A DNA stretch of 64,000 nt, taken from positions 2,170,001 to 2,234,000 of the forward strand of contig NC_090363.1 in NCBI RefSeq assembly GCF_035084215.1, in the 5' to 3' direction. Both the position numbers and the translations under genes were made by a program. This document shows positions 1 through 12,198 of the stretch, in pieces (position 1 is the first letter of the stretch; every line of letters begins with the position of its first letter). Under the pieces are notes generated by a model, which did not search any database, was not told the origin of the DNA, and was given only the letters and a program-made list of their open reading frames with translations. Source of the DNA: Heptranchias perlo. Lineage: Eukaryota.

Positions 1-2
1 AC

Positions 3-148
3 CTGCCCGTCAGTGCTCTCAGTCGCCATGCACTTGTTGTTGGAGAGCTCGGTTATGCGATCGATCTTGGGCGCCTCCATTCGGCAGCTGCACAGCGGCA
101 GCTCTTCAAACTTATCCGTCTCCATGGAGCTGGCGTCGTTCGATACCC
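3..148 (-). CDS. EHMT2: EHMT2/G9a exon 11 (start of the Cys-rich region); the gene continues beyond the window start
   Basis: AG acceptor (plus CT 149-150) and GT donor (plus AC 1-2). Translates (G)VSNDASSMETDKFEELPLCSCRMEAPKIDRITELSNNKCMATESTDGQ, matching recalled G9a GVSNDTSSLETERGFEELPLCSCRMEAPKIDRI (EHMT1 has EVPLCSCRMETPK). Phase 1 to 0. Confidence 0.95.
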
Positions 149-229
149 CTGAGAGGAGCAAAGAGGGAGAATTTACCTCACGGGGAACGCCCGTAAAAAT
201 AGTTATAATTATAAGGTTGGGGGGGAAAA

Positions 230-626
230 GAACGGATGAGATTGGAGAAGTTGGGGTTGTTCTCCTTGGAGCAGAGGTGGTTAAGGAGGGGGGGATTTAA
301 TGGAGGTGTTCAAAATCATGAGGGGTTTTGATAAGGGTAAATAGGGAGGAACTGTTTCCATTGGCAGGAGGGTCGGTAACCAGAGGACACAGATTTAAGA
401 CAACTGGCAAAAGAATCAGAGGGGAGATGAGGAGGACTTTTTTTTTTAAACGCAGTGAGTTGTTATGATCTGGAATGCGCTGCCTGAAAGGGCAGTGGAA
501 GCAGATTCGATAATAACTTTCAAAAGGAACTGGATAAATACTTGAAGGGGAAACACTTGCAGGGCCATGGGGAAAGAGCAGGGCTAGTGGGACTAATTGG
601 ATAGCTATTTCAAAGAGCCGGCACAG
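230..626 (+). mobile_element. CR1-type LINE 3' fragment
   Basis: Degenerate RT C-terminal text (...EVFKIMRGFDKVNREELFPLAGGSVTRGHRFK...) and the 3' end shared with many copies in the window. Boundaries approximate. Confidence 0.85.
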
Positions 627-3555
627 GAAGAGAGAGAGGAGGGGAGAAGGGGGGAAAGAGAGAGAGAGAGAGAGAGAGGAGGGGAGAAGGGGGGAAAGAG
701 AGAGAGAGAGAGGAGGGGAGAAGGGAAAGAGAGAGANNNNNNNNNNNNNNNNNNNNNNNNNNNNNNNNNNNNNNNNNNNNNNNNNNNNNNNNNNNNNNNN
801 NNNNNNNNNNNNNNNNNNNNNNNNNNNNNNNNNNNNNNNNNNNNNNNNNNNNNNNNNNNNNNNNNNNNNNNNNNNNNNNNNNNNNNNNNNNNNNNNNNNN
901 NNNNNNNNNNNNNNNNNNNNNNNNNNNNNNNNNNNNNNNNNNNNNNNNNNNNNNNNNNNNNNNNNNNNNNNNNNNNNNNNNAGAGGGGGGGAGAAGGGGG
1001 GAGAGAGAGAGAGGAGGGGAGAAGGGGGGAAAGAGAGAGAGAGGAGGGGAGAAGGGGGGAAAGAGAGAGAGAGGAGGGGAGAAGGGGGGAGAGAGAGAGA
1101 GAGGAGGGGGAGAAGGGGGGAGAGAGAGAGAGGAGGGGAGAAGGGGGATAGAGAGAGAGGAGGGGAGAAGGGGGAAAGAGAGAGAGGAGGGGAGAAGGGG
1201 GGAAAGAGAGAGAGAGGAGGGGAGAAGGGGGGAAAGAGAGAGAGAGGAGGGGAGAAGGGGGGAGAGAGAGAGAGGAGGGGAGAAGGGGGAAAGAGAGAGA
1301 GAGAGGAGGGGAGAAGGGGGAAAGAGGGGAAAGAGAGAGGAGGGGAGAAAGAGAGGAAAGAGAGAGGAGGGGAGATGGGGGGAAGGGGGGAAAGAGAGAG
1401 GAGGGGAGATGGGGGAAAGAGAGAGAGAGNNNNNNNNNNNNNNNNNNNNNNNNNNNNNNNNNNNNNNNNNNNNNNNNNNNNNNNNNNNNNNNNNNNNNNN
1501 NNNNNNNNNNNNNNNNNNNNNNNNNNNNNNNNNNNNNNNNNNNNNNNNNNNNNNNNNNNNNNNNNNNNNNNNNNNNNNNNNNNNNNNNNNNNNNNNNNNN
1601 NNNNNNNNNNNNNNNNNNNNNNNNNNNNNNNNNNNNNNNNNNNNNNNNNNNNNNNNNNNNNNNNNNNNNNNNNNNNNNNNNNNNNNNNNNNNNNNNNNNN
1701 NNNNNNNNNNNNNNNNNNNNNNNNNNNNNNNNNNNNNNNNNNNNNNNNNNNNNNNNNNNNNNNNNNNNNNNNNNNNNNNNNNNNNNNNNNNNNNNNNNNN
1801 NNNNNNNNNNNNNNNNNNNNNNNNNNNNNNNNNNNNNNNNNNNNNNNNNNNNNNNNNNNNNNNNNNNNNNNNNNNNNNNNNNNNNNNNNNNNNNNNNNNN
1901 NNNNNNNNNNNNNNNNNNNNNNNNNNNNNNNNNNNNNNNNNNNNNNNNNNNNNNNNNNNNNNNNNNNNNNNNNNNNNNNNNNNNNNNNNNNNNNNNNNNN
2001 NNNNNNNNNNNNNNNNNNNNNNNNNNNNNNNNNNNNNNNNNNNNNNNNNNNNNNNNNNNNNNNNNNNNNNNNNNNNNNNNNNNNNNNNNNNNNNNNNNNN
2101 NNNNNNNNNNNNNNNNNNNNNNNNNNNNNNNNNNNNNNNNNNNNNNNNNNNNNNNNNNNNNNNNNNNNNNNNNNNNNNNNNNNNNNNNNNNNNNNNNNNN
2201 NNNNNNNNNNNNNNNNNNNNNNNNNNNNNNNNNNNNNNNNNNNNNNNNNNNNNNNNNNNNNNNNNNNNNNNNNNNNNNNNNNNNNNNNNNNNNNNNNNNN
2301 NNNNNNNNNNNNNNNNNNNNNNNNNNNNNNNNNNNNNNNNNNNNNNNGAGAGGAGGGGGGAAGAGAGAGAGAGAGAGGAGGGGGGAAAGAAGAGAGAGAG
2401 AGAGGAGGGGGGGAAAGAGAGAGAGAGGAGGGGGGAAGAGAGAGAGAGGAGGGGGGGAAGAGAGAGAGAGGAGGGGGGAGTGAGAGAGAGGAGGGGGGAG
2501 GGGGAGATGTGGGAGAGAGAGAGAGGAGGGGGGGAAGAGAGAGAGAGGAGGGGGAAGAGAGATAGAGGAGGGGGGNNNNNNNNNNNNNNNNNNNNNNNNN
2601 NNNNNNNNNNNNNNNNNNNNNNNNNNNNNNNNNNNNNNNNNNNNNNNNNNNNNNNNNNNNNNNNNNNNNNNNNNNNNNNNNNNNNNNNNNNNNNNNNNNN
2701 NNNNNNNNNNNNNNNNNNNNNNNNNNNNNNNNNNNNNNNNNNNNNNNNNNNNNNNNNNNNNNNNNNNNNNNNNNNNNNNNNNNNNNNNNNNNNNNNNNNN
2801 NNNNNNNNNNNNNNNNNNNNNNNNNNNNNNNNNNNNNNNNNNNNNNNNNGAGGGGGGGAAGAGAGAGAGAGGAGGGGGGAAGAAGAGAGAGAGGGGGGGG
2901 GATGAGAGAGAGAGGAGGGGGGAGAGAGAGAGAGGGGGGGGAAGAGAGAGAGAGGAGGGGGGAAGAGAGAGAGAGGAGGGGGGAAGAGAGAGAGAGGAGG
3001 GGGGAAGAGAGGAGAGGTGGGGGGAAGAGTGTGTGAGGGAGGGGGGTTGAGAGAGTGAGGAGGGGGGAGAGAGAGAGAGGAGGGGGGAAGAGAGAGAGAG
3101 GAGGGGGGATGAGAGAGAGAGGAGGGGGGAAGAGAGAGAGAGGAGGGGGGATGTGAGAGTGAGGAGGGGGGGAAGAGAGAGTGTGGAGGGGGGAGAGAGA
3201 GGAGTGGGGGGAGAAGAGAGGGGGGGGAGAGAGAGGAGGGGGGGAGAGAGAGGAGGGGGGAAGAGAGAGGAGGGGGGGAAGAGAGAGGGGGGGAAAAGAG
3301 AGGAGGGGGGAAAGAGAGGAGGGGGGGAAAGAGAGGGTGGGGGGAAAAGAGTGGTGGGGGGAAAGAGAGGAGGGGGAAGAGAGGGGGGGAAAAGAGAGGA
3401 GGGGGGAAAGAGTGGAGGGGGGAAAAGAGAGGAGGGGGGGAAAAGAGAGGAGGGGGAAAAGAGAGGAGGGGGGAAAGAGAGGAGGGGGGAAAAGAGAGGA
3501 GGGGAGGGGAGGGAGCGTGGGGGAGGGAGAGGAGAGGAGATGGAGAGAGAGAAAA
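627..3555. repeat. Long (GA/G)-rich polypurine low-complexity tract interrupted by three N gaps (737-981, 1430-2347, 2576-2849)
   Basis: Almost pure A/G on the plus strand with imperfect GAGAGAGAGGAGGGGGGAA-type units. Confidence 0.95.
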
Positions 3556-3863
3556 GAAAATGCTGGCTGTGTGAGATCTATTTTTCGCTTGATCTGGTGG
3601 AGTTCAGCTGCTTTCTTGCTCTGATGATAGAGCCCGTTTGCAGAACGCAAATGACGGTAATATAGCAGAAGCAGAACAGAGGGACGGACTGTCAATCGGC
3701 CCTTTGGTAGGCTTGGATTCAGGGAGCCTGATTTTCCTGACTTAACCTGGAACTACGCTGTGATTTACACCCAAATCTCTCGGACAAATCCCACTTGCTG
3801 GATTGGAGTTTTGGTCCAAGAGATCAGTGTGCCATCCGCCACATCACCCGAGACGTGCATAAT

Positions 3864-4826
3864 AATGAGACAGATTCTTGAAAAGCCGAGGGTTAACATC
3901 ACAGGCACTTTAAGTTGGCTGAGCGCCAGTTTATAGTGAGACTGAAGTGACTGCTTAGCCAATGGTTTCATATCATTTCACTGCCAGCACTTAAAGCCAT
4001 GACTAAATCGTGCCTGCAGCAGCAAAAGTAAAACAGGTTTTAAATGAAGTATGAACAGGGCACATACCTGTAGGTTGCGGAGAAAGGCTGCTCTCATTGG
4101 GAAGCTCCAGTGACCCCAATGGGACCTCCGTGTACTCGCTCTGCGTCTGGTTCCCTCCTCCTGTAGAATTCATCACTGTCCAAGCACAAAAGAAACAGGG
4201 ACACATACTCTTCAGATCAAGGCAATTGCTAAATACCCCGAACCTCCCTGGCTGCTTCTCTTGGGCTCAACCTTCGTGTCGTGGTCAACCCTGAGCCGAG
4301 CTTCAGACCCCATATCGTATCGATAACCAAGACAATGTACCTTCCACAACACTGCCCCCACCCCCCCACCTCACTCCCCCCCAACCCCGCTCCATTCATC
4401 AGCCCAAGACTCGACTGCTCAAACAATCTTCACATCCGGCCTTGCTCCCTGTACAAACGCCAACTTGTCCAAAATTCCCTGCCCGGTACTAAGGTCTCTC
4501 CACTCCCTCCCTCCCTCCCCACCATCCTCCACTACCCCTCGTCTTCCAGCCCATCAAATTCAAAAAATCCCTCCGTGGCGTTCTCTCCGAGCTGCGCCTG
4601 CAACCTTCTCCAGCCCTTTAAAATTCTACGTTGGTACGGGAGCCCCAGCTTGACGGTTCGGAGATTACTCCCTCCATAACAATGAGACAGATTCCTGAAA
4701 AGCCGAGGTTTAACATCACAGGCATTTTAGGTTGGCTGAGCGCCAGTTTATAAGCGAGGCTGAAGTGACTGCTTAGCCAATGGTTTCATATCATTTCACT
4801 GCCAGCACTTAATGCCTTGACTAAAT
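3864..4826. repeat. Pair of ~145-bp direct repeats (3864-4008 and 4681-4826) flanking EHMT2 exon 10
   Basis: AATGAGACAGATTC...GACTAAAT occurs twice with few substitutions; internal stem TTGGCTGAGC...GCTTAGCCAA. Confidence 0.9.
4068..4175 (-). CDS. EHMT2: EHMT2 exon 10 (the exon alternatively spliced in mammals), 108 nt, phase 1-1
   Basis: Polypyrimidine tract plus CAG acceptor, GTATGT donor. Encodes VMNSTGGGNQTQSEYTEVPLGSLELPNESSLSPQPT, compared with recalled human SEYMEVPLGSLELPSEGTLSPNH. Confidence 0.92.
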
Positions 4827-7109
4827 AAATCATTGCGGGAGCACCTTCAGCACACGGACTGCAGCGGTTCACGAACACAGGAACAGGAGGAGACCATTCA
4901 GCCCCTCTAGCCTGTTCCATCATTCAACGAGATCATGGCTGATCTGTAACCTAACGCGGCTCCACATCCCTTAATACCCTTGGCTAGCGAGAAGGCGGCC
5001 CACCACCACCTTCTCAAGGGGCAACTAGGGATGGGGCAATAAATGCCGGCAACGCCCACATCCCGCAAACGAAAATAATAATTGCAAGCAATGCCTGATG
5101 CTCCCCTTTTTTCTTCTCCTCAAGGTGCTGATTTGCTCTGGTGTACTTTCAGAGATGCTAGTGTTTCAACCGGGGGTGGGGGCACGGGACGGGAGGGCAT
5201 CCCTCAGGTGCGGGTGTAGACAATGGAGGGATATTTGACCATTAGAGGGGGGGGGGGGAGCCTAATCTCATCCTCACCGGATGCCCACACATGACACTGT
5301 TTCCAACAGAGGTCAACAATCGGGAGCAGGAGCCCTGGCTGTTTATTCTTCTCTGTAACTGAGGGGCACCAACGGCTAGTTGCAGCTGGACAAGAGCCAG
5401 GGTGGAGGAGGACGGGCGGGAAACTCATAACTAATCTGCGGAAACATTATTTCAGTGAGCGAGTCTGCGGAAGAGGCTCCCTAGGGTGATGGTGGAAGCA
5501 GTTAGTATTGATTCATTCAAATACAAGTTAGGTAAGATTTTTTTTCAGAATACAATATTTTGGGATACAGTATAGGACTAATCTGAGACAAGACATGTGG
5601 TAAGTCTGGTGACTTTGGACCTATGGTTCCCAAAGCTCTCCACCACTGGGGGCTTTCCTCGCCTCATGTCTGGATCTGTCGTAGACTGAATCGATAGAGA
5701 TCTATCACCGTGATTAATCAATAACTCCATTATTGTTGTATCATGACGGCCACGGCGAACTAGATGGACTTTGCTCTTTTATCGTCTAGCAATTAATTTA
5801 ATTTCAGACTGATCTAATCACTGCCGAGTTTGGCAGTAAGTAACACTGCAAATGCCAAGACGCTGCCACTGCAGAATGGAGGGCTCTCCCATTACTCGAT
5901 TGGGCATCAGCTCGCTTCCGGAGCCTTGGGGCCAAGGGAACACCCTCACCCTCACCCTTGTTGCTTCACTCCCCTTCCCAAAGCCTCACCCTAGTGGCCG
6001 CAGACACTCAATCACCTCGTGCCAAATTACGGACAACACCGTAAAGCGGATTTGTGCCCAGTGACAAAAAAGGGACGAGACTTTAGGGCCCAGGCTCCCA
6101 AATTGTTCACGCCAAGGACAGTTTATAGAACGGAGACTTTTAATCACACCAGTCGGAACACAAGTAAAAAGGTCGGCCCTCCCCTCCTCTCCGTGTTACC
6201 TGGCCCTCCAGAGCGTTCAAGGGCTGTCGGAATTGAAAGGAGGTCACATGCTAAGCAACTGTGTTCCATACCTTCTTTCAGTTTTGTGAAATCAGCTGTT
6301 GTCTGTCCCACTGCAACTAACGGAAAAGACGAAATCAATGAACGAAACAGACGGAGAGGTGGAAGACGAGTTGAAGCACGTACGCCACGTGTACGATGGT
6401 GTGAACGAGATGGGCGGCGTGTGGAGATGGTAAATTCGCCGCACACAGTCAGGAGAGCAAGGCGGGGCGGGGCGGGGCGGGGTGGGGTGAGGGGGCCACG
6501 CAGTGTACGGAACCCCGGAGAATAGCACCCACGAAGCGGGAAGGTAGCAGCTGCACACTGGCGATAATTCCACGGGCATCGATCTCGATCCCGGCCGTGC
6601 CACCGCGATGGCAGTGCCCCCCCCCCGGGGGTGGGGGGAGGAGCAAGGTCCTGGCACCTCCGCACAGAGACAGTGAGAGCGGGTTAAACCCCCGCAGCAC
6701 GTGCCAGAGCTATCGGTGGGTGATCCGCAAGGCCACACGTTCAGCTGGTTTTTGGAGCAGCGCTGGCACAGAGTCCGAGCTTGCCCATCTCGCCTGCTCC
6801 CTCGTGCGAGGACGGCGCGCGATACAAGAAAGCAGGGGGGAAAAAAACCACAGGCAGCGCCACCAGTTTCGCAAAAAAAACCAACAGAAAATTAGCAAGC
6901 GTGCACTACAAGAGCACGTACGGCAGACGGGAGTGAGGAACTGCACTTGTTCGGCATGGAGCTTTCGAGAGATTTCACTTGACGTTAAGAGTAACATTAA
7001 CACAATCAGCTCCACCTATAAGGCACCTAAACACCACACACCATTCAATCTGTTCTTTCAATAATGTTTTCCAGTGCTCTAACTACTTAACATCACCAGA
7101 TGGCCGGTC

Positions 7110-7370
7110 TACATACAGCACAGAAGGCGGCCATTCGGCCCGTCATATTTGTGTCGGCTCTTTGAGCTTTCCAATTAGACCCACTCCCCTGCTCTTTCCC
7201 CGTAGCCCCTGCAAATGTTTCCCCTTCAAGTATTTATCCAATTCCCTTTTGAAAGTTATTATTGAATCTGCTTCCACCGCCCTTTCAGGCAGCGCATTCC
7301 AGATCATCACAACTCGCTGCGTAAAAAAATGTTTCCTCATCTCATCTCTGGTTCTTTTGTCAATTACATT
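7110..7370 (-). mobile_element. CR1 LINE 3' end fragment
   Basis: ORF-track text MRKHFFTQRVVMIWNALPERAVEADSIITFKRELDKYL is the CR1 ORF2 C-terminus. Confidence 0.85.
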
Positions 7371-8090
7371 AACCAGGTGGCTCTCTGCTGTTCGGCTAAA
7401 TACTCACAGCAAGAACAAAATTGTTATTTCCTGTCATCTAACATTCAAATTTCACTAATCTAGACCCCTCCATTCGGGATTGTCAAAGCAGTTCTGTGTT
7501 TTCTCTCTCCGGAGGAGCAGAGTGTTTGGCAGAGTGCATGGATATCATATCAAGAGTCCAATCCCATCTCCGCTCAGTACCCGCACCTATACTTTCCAGG
7601 TGGGGGTGGGGGAGAATATTAGAGGAAAGGATTGTCCTGGAGTCTGCAGGGATTAAACATTAATCACTGCTGCAAGCAACCCCGGGAGTGGAAAATCATA
7701 GGGGCATTAAAAAAAAAAGTGTTTATTTCATTTTCTTTGAACTTTTCCGTTTATGAGTTATAAAAATATTGGAGACGGGGGAAGAAAAAGTCAGTGAGGA
7801 ATTATGCAATTGGGTGACGGAGAGTCTGGGGAAGGCGGGGCACGGTCAGGATCGACGTGTCGGGTGACCAATGGCGGGGGTGGGGGGGGGGGGGGGGAGG
7901 AAGAGAAGCCAGGGGGTCATGTGATGAAACCTCCGGGAAGGGAGGGGGGGGGGGGGGGGGGAGAAATACGGAGGGCATCAGTCAACCCACTTGTGAGACC
8001 ACGAGCTTCCCGACCGGTGAAGCAAGAACCTGCTGCGGCAGCAATGGACTCCCATCGCTTCCCTCTCCGAGCCGCTGGACGTGGTCCTAC

Positions 8091-8208
8091 CTGCGCTTTT
8101 AGCCGGTTTCATCCGATCCTTTCTCCTGCGTTTTCGTGTCGGCTTCACCCATGGACTCTCGCTCTTCCACTTCTTCTTCCCTTTCCTTTTCAAACTCGAG
8201 GTGGAGCT
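8091..8208 (-). CDS. EHMT2: EHMT2 exon 9 (basic, NLS-like segment)
   Basis: CAG/GT boundaries, phase 0 to 1. Encodes SSTSSLKRKGKKKWKSESPWVKPTRKRRRKDRMKPAKSA, compared with human RRKAKKKWRKDSPWVKPSRKRRK. Confidence 0.93.
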
Positions 8209-8469
8209 CTGCGGGGAGCAGGGAGCAGGGTCAGTAGCCCTTTTCAGAACGGTTACCCGAGTGATTGTAAACTGGGGGGGGGGGAAATGGGTGCTGGGCA
8301 GATCGACCTCAAGTCACAGGAAGACATTCCACCTTAAAAGCCGGGGAGGGTGGGGGGGGTTAAGTTATCAGCAGCCCTCCCCCCACGCACAGACAGCACA
8401 GCATTGATTCGGGTCCCCCCTCCCCGATTTCCCCACTGCCAGGCCCATTTCCAGTGATAGCTGTGCCAT

Positions 8470-9060
8470 CAACAACAATTTGCATTTATATAGCGCCTTT
8501 AACGTAGTAAAACGTCCCCAAGGCGTTTCACAGGAGCGATTATCAGTCAAAGGTCTGACACCGAGCCACATAAGGAGATATTAGGACAGGTGACCAAAAG
8601 CTTGGTCACAGAGGTAGGTTTTAAGGAGCGTCTTAAAAGGAGGAGAGGCGGAGAGGTTTAGGGAGGGAATTCCAGAGCTTAGGGCCCAGGCAGCTGAAGG
8701 CACGGCCGCCAATGGTGGAGCGATGAAAATCAGGGACGTGCAAGGGGCCAGCACTGCAGGAGCGCAGAGATCTCTGAGGGTTGTGGGGCTGGAGGAGGTT
8801 ACAGAGATAGGGAGGGGGGGCGAGACCATGGAGGGATTTGAAAACAATGATCAGAATTTTAAAATCGAGGCATTCCCACACCGGGAGGCAATGTAGGTCA
8901 GCGAGCACAGGGGGTGATGGGTGAACGGGACTTGGTGCGAGTTAGAATACGGGCAGCAGAGTTTTGGAATGAGCTGAAGTTTATGGAGGGTGGAAGGTGG
9001 GAGGTCGGCCAGGAGAGCATCGAAATAGTCGAGGGCATCAGGGACAGGTAGGCAGCATGA
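8470..9060 (-). mobile_element. L2-clade LINE 3' fragment
   Basis: Fragments LADLHCLPV...FKILIIVFKSLHGLAPPPYL...IGGRAFSCLGPKLWNSLP and QNSAARILTRTK are typical of the L2 ORF2 C-terminus. Confidence 0.8.
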
Positions 9061-10274
9061 GTCAGACACTTTCTCACAGGGGAAAACAAAGATAGAGGAG
9101 GCAGAGGGGCCCTGTTGCTACATTCCTGCATCTCCCACCAGGCAGGTAGAGAGCGGCTGAAGCTTGGAGCAGATCCCTTGTCTGCCCCATCAACCAAGGA
9201 AAAGAAAGAACGAACTTGCATTTATATAGTGCCTTCCACGACCTCAGGATGTCCCAAACCGTTTTACAGCCAACTAAGTACTTTTGAAGTGTCGTCACTG
9301 TTACAATGTAGGGAGATGCGGCAGCCAATTTGCGCACAGCAAGATCCCACAAACAGCAACACGATAGTGACCAGGAACACTGTAGGGCATCAGAAGATCT
9401 CAAAAAGACGGACGGAGGAGGAAACATGTTTCTCTCCTTTAATGCAAGAGAACCCAGAGGCATGAAACTCTACGGGAGTCTCCCAACTCTGCTCCACGAG
9501 CTCACAAAAGTCAGAATAAATCAAAAAAAAAACCTACAAAAAGGGACTTTTATAGGCGGCCCTCAGCTCAACACTAACTGTCGCTCGGGCCTGATATACC
9601 AACCTCCACACGCCTCGATCTGCAAGACGGTTATCAGGCAGGCCAGAAACTGGGAGTGCCCTGTGCTGGCAGACACAATGGCTGGTTCTAAAAGGCTCCT
9701 AACCAAGGAAGGCGCGTCATAAATAACAACGGCCTGGCAGTGAAATTTAAGGGCTTGGACCTTTTGTGAGCTCTGTGAGCTCAAATGACTGGCTCTGATC
9801 GGCCTGAACGCCACCTGGCAGATCACTGCCCACCATTGTCCATTTTCTGTCGCTGTGACCTCAGGATCTTAGAGGCGTTGAAGGGCGGGAGGGGAGCTGA
9901 GGGACAATGGAAAAAGTTACAAACACGGGAGTTTTACATGTTTTTTTTCCCCCCAACCTGGTTTAAAACTTTCCTTTCAAAATCCACCTCAATCACAACA
10001 CACTTTTAACACAGAGTCACAGGTGGAAGTATTCAGTGAGCAGTCACCCCTCAACAGAGCGACGGTCCCTTCCCACCACATTATCTGGTCGTTCGGCAGC
10101 TCTGGAAAACTCCTCTCTGAACCCCCTCAGGCGTTCGGAACCAGTCCAGAGAGATCACACGGACCAGGTTTTTCTCTGTAAAGACCTTTCTACATGATGC
10201 AATCTCTGCCTCAGTCCAGAACACGACCAACACCCCAATGAGCATTCAAGAGATTTCATACGCAGGGAACGTAC

Positions 10275-10358
10275 CCTGTCGGAGAGGTTTCCGGAACCTT
10301 CCAGTTCCTCGTCGTCCTCCACGTCGCTCGACCGATCCTCAGCTCCATCGCCCTCCGT
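10275..10358 (-). CDS. EHMT2: EHMT2 exon 8 (acidic segment)
   Basis: 84 nt, CAG/GTAC boundaries, phase 0-0. Encodes TEGDGAEDRSSDVEDDEELEGSGNLSDR, compared with the human poly-E...SGNQSDR segment. Confidence 0.9.
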
Positions 10359-10754
10359 CTGCAAGAGCAGATATTCTTGAGTCTCTTCACTTCATTTATT
10401 GTTCTTAAAATATTGACCTGAGCCTACATACTTCCAGCAAGCTCCCCTCCAGCCCACAGAGTTTCAGGGGGCGGGTAGACAAAGCATTTACACCAAGCTC
10501 ACCCGAACGGGCTCAGTAAATGTCCCGCGTGGGTCTCGAGTTCCATCCGTGCGCTGAGTGAACAAATCTCCAACCTTCTTTTTCTTTATCTACCTCTGCA
10601 GCCCACCAGTGCCAGTCGAGAGGGTCTCCCCCATCCATACCTCATTTCAGGTTGAGGGGGAGAGGGGGGGCGCGAGTGGGGAGAAAGGCAGATTGCTCTG
10701 TTTTACCACACCAGTGCTGCACTGGCTCTGGTGGCAGACAAGCTCACTGACTAA

Positions 10755-11310
10755 AAGAAATTGCATTTATATAGCGCCTTTCACAGCCTCAGGACGTCCC
10801 AAAGCGCTTTGCAGCCAATAAAATACTTTGTGAAATAAAAACAGGAAATGCTGGAAACACTCAGCAGGTCAGGCAGCGTCTGTGGAGGAAGAAACAGAGT
10901 TAACGTTTCAGGTCGATGACCCCTCGTCAACTTTGTGAAGTGTGGTCAGTGTTGTAATGTAGGGAAGTGCGGCAGCCAATTTGCGCACAGCAAGCTCCCA
11001 CAAACAGCAATGAGATAATGACCAGAAAATCTGTTATTTTGTTTTAAGTGAGGGATAAATATTGACCAGGACACTGGGAAGAACGCCTCTGCTCTTCTTC
11101 GAAACAGTGCCGTGGGATCTTTCACCTCCACCTGAGAGGGCAAACGGGGCCTCGGTTTAACGTCTCATCCGAAAGACGGCATCTCAAGACGCGCAGCTCT
11201 CCCTCAGTGCCGGCACCGGGAGTGTCGGCCTGGATTTTGTGGTCGAGTCTCTGGAGTAGGGCGCGAACCGACGGCCTCCTGACTCAAGAGGCGAGAGTGC
11301 CACCCATTGA
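10755..11310 (-). mobile_element. Deu-domain SINE (SacSINE1/AmnSINE1-like) with a short internal insertion
   Basis: Core GGGCCTCGGTTTAACGTCTCATCCGAAAGACGGCA, a tRNA-like head at the high end and the TTGCATTTATATAGCGCC tail. Confidence 0.75.
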
Positions 11311-11493
11311 CAGGGCGAGGGTCAGCGGGCGACTTCCCGAATATCTGACGGAACTCACTGCGGGAGACAGAGGCTGTTGGAAGCGGACGTCAGCGAGTTC
11401 TGGAATTGTGACCCAACCACCGTGAAGCAGACACCGTGACTGCCGGCATCAATATAAAAAAGGGAGAGAGAAAATTGCTAAGCCCAAGCTCAC

Positions 11494-11724
11494 CTTGCTG
11501 GATTTGTCCGAGTCGGCTCGCCCATCCACCGAGTAGCTGTCATAGAAGAGGCTGAAGTCATCTCCAACCTCCGCATCCCATTCGTCTATCATTTCCATGG
11601 GCTCCTCCTCCTTCTCCTCAGGCTCCGCTTCCTTGGAAAGGTCCAGTAACGGAATGGAACCGGACGCGCTGGTGACCGTTTTCACCTCCTGGGAGTGGAC
11701 TCTACTGGTTGCACCGGTCAAGTT
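11494..11724 (-). CDS. EHMT2: EHMT2 exon 7
   Basis: 231 nt, phase 0-0, TTTTCAG acceptor and GTGAG donor. Encodes ...IDEWDAEVGDDFSLFYDSYSVDGRADSDKSSK, compared with G9a-specific LEEWETVVGDDFSLYYDSYSVDERVDSD. Confidence 0.93.
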
Positions 11725-11736
11725 CTGAAAAGGAAC

Positions 11737-12198
11737 ACAGACAGACGCACGCACGCACACACGGACAGACGCACACACGCACACACGCACGCACAGACAG
11801 ACGCACACACGCACACACGGACAGACGCACGCACGCACACACACGGACAGACGCACGCACACACACGGACAGACGCACGCACACACACGGACAGACGCAC
11901 GCACACACACACGGACAGACGCACGCACACACACACGGACAGACGCACGCACACACACACGGACAGACGCACGCACACACACACGGACAGACGCACGCAC
12001 ACACACACGGACAGACGCACGCACACACACACGGACAGACGCACGCACACACACACGGATAGACGCACGCACACACACACGGACAGACGCACGCACACAC
12101 ACACGGACAGACGCACGCACACACACACGGACAGACGCACGCACACACACACGGACAGACGCACGCACACACACACGGACAGACGCACGCACACACAC
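11737..12198. repeat. ~24-bp CA-rich minisatellite (GGACAGACGCACGCACACACACAC)
   Basis: Visible tandem array; UG-rich on the EHMT2 sense strand, directly upstream of the exon 7 acceptor. Confidence 0.95.

Noticed and set aside
297-3695. 1132-aa minus-strand ORF and overlapping Glu/Arg/Gly-rich ORFs
   Set aside because: Artefacts of polypurine low complexity and N gaps; no domain content.
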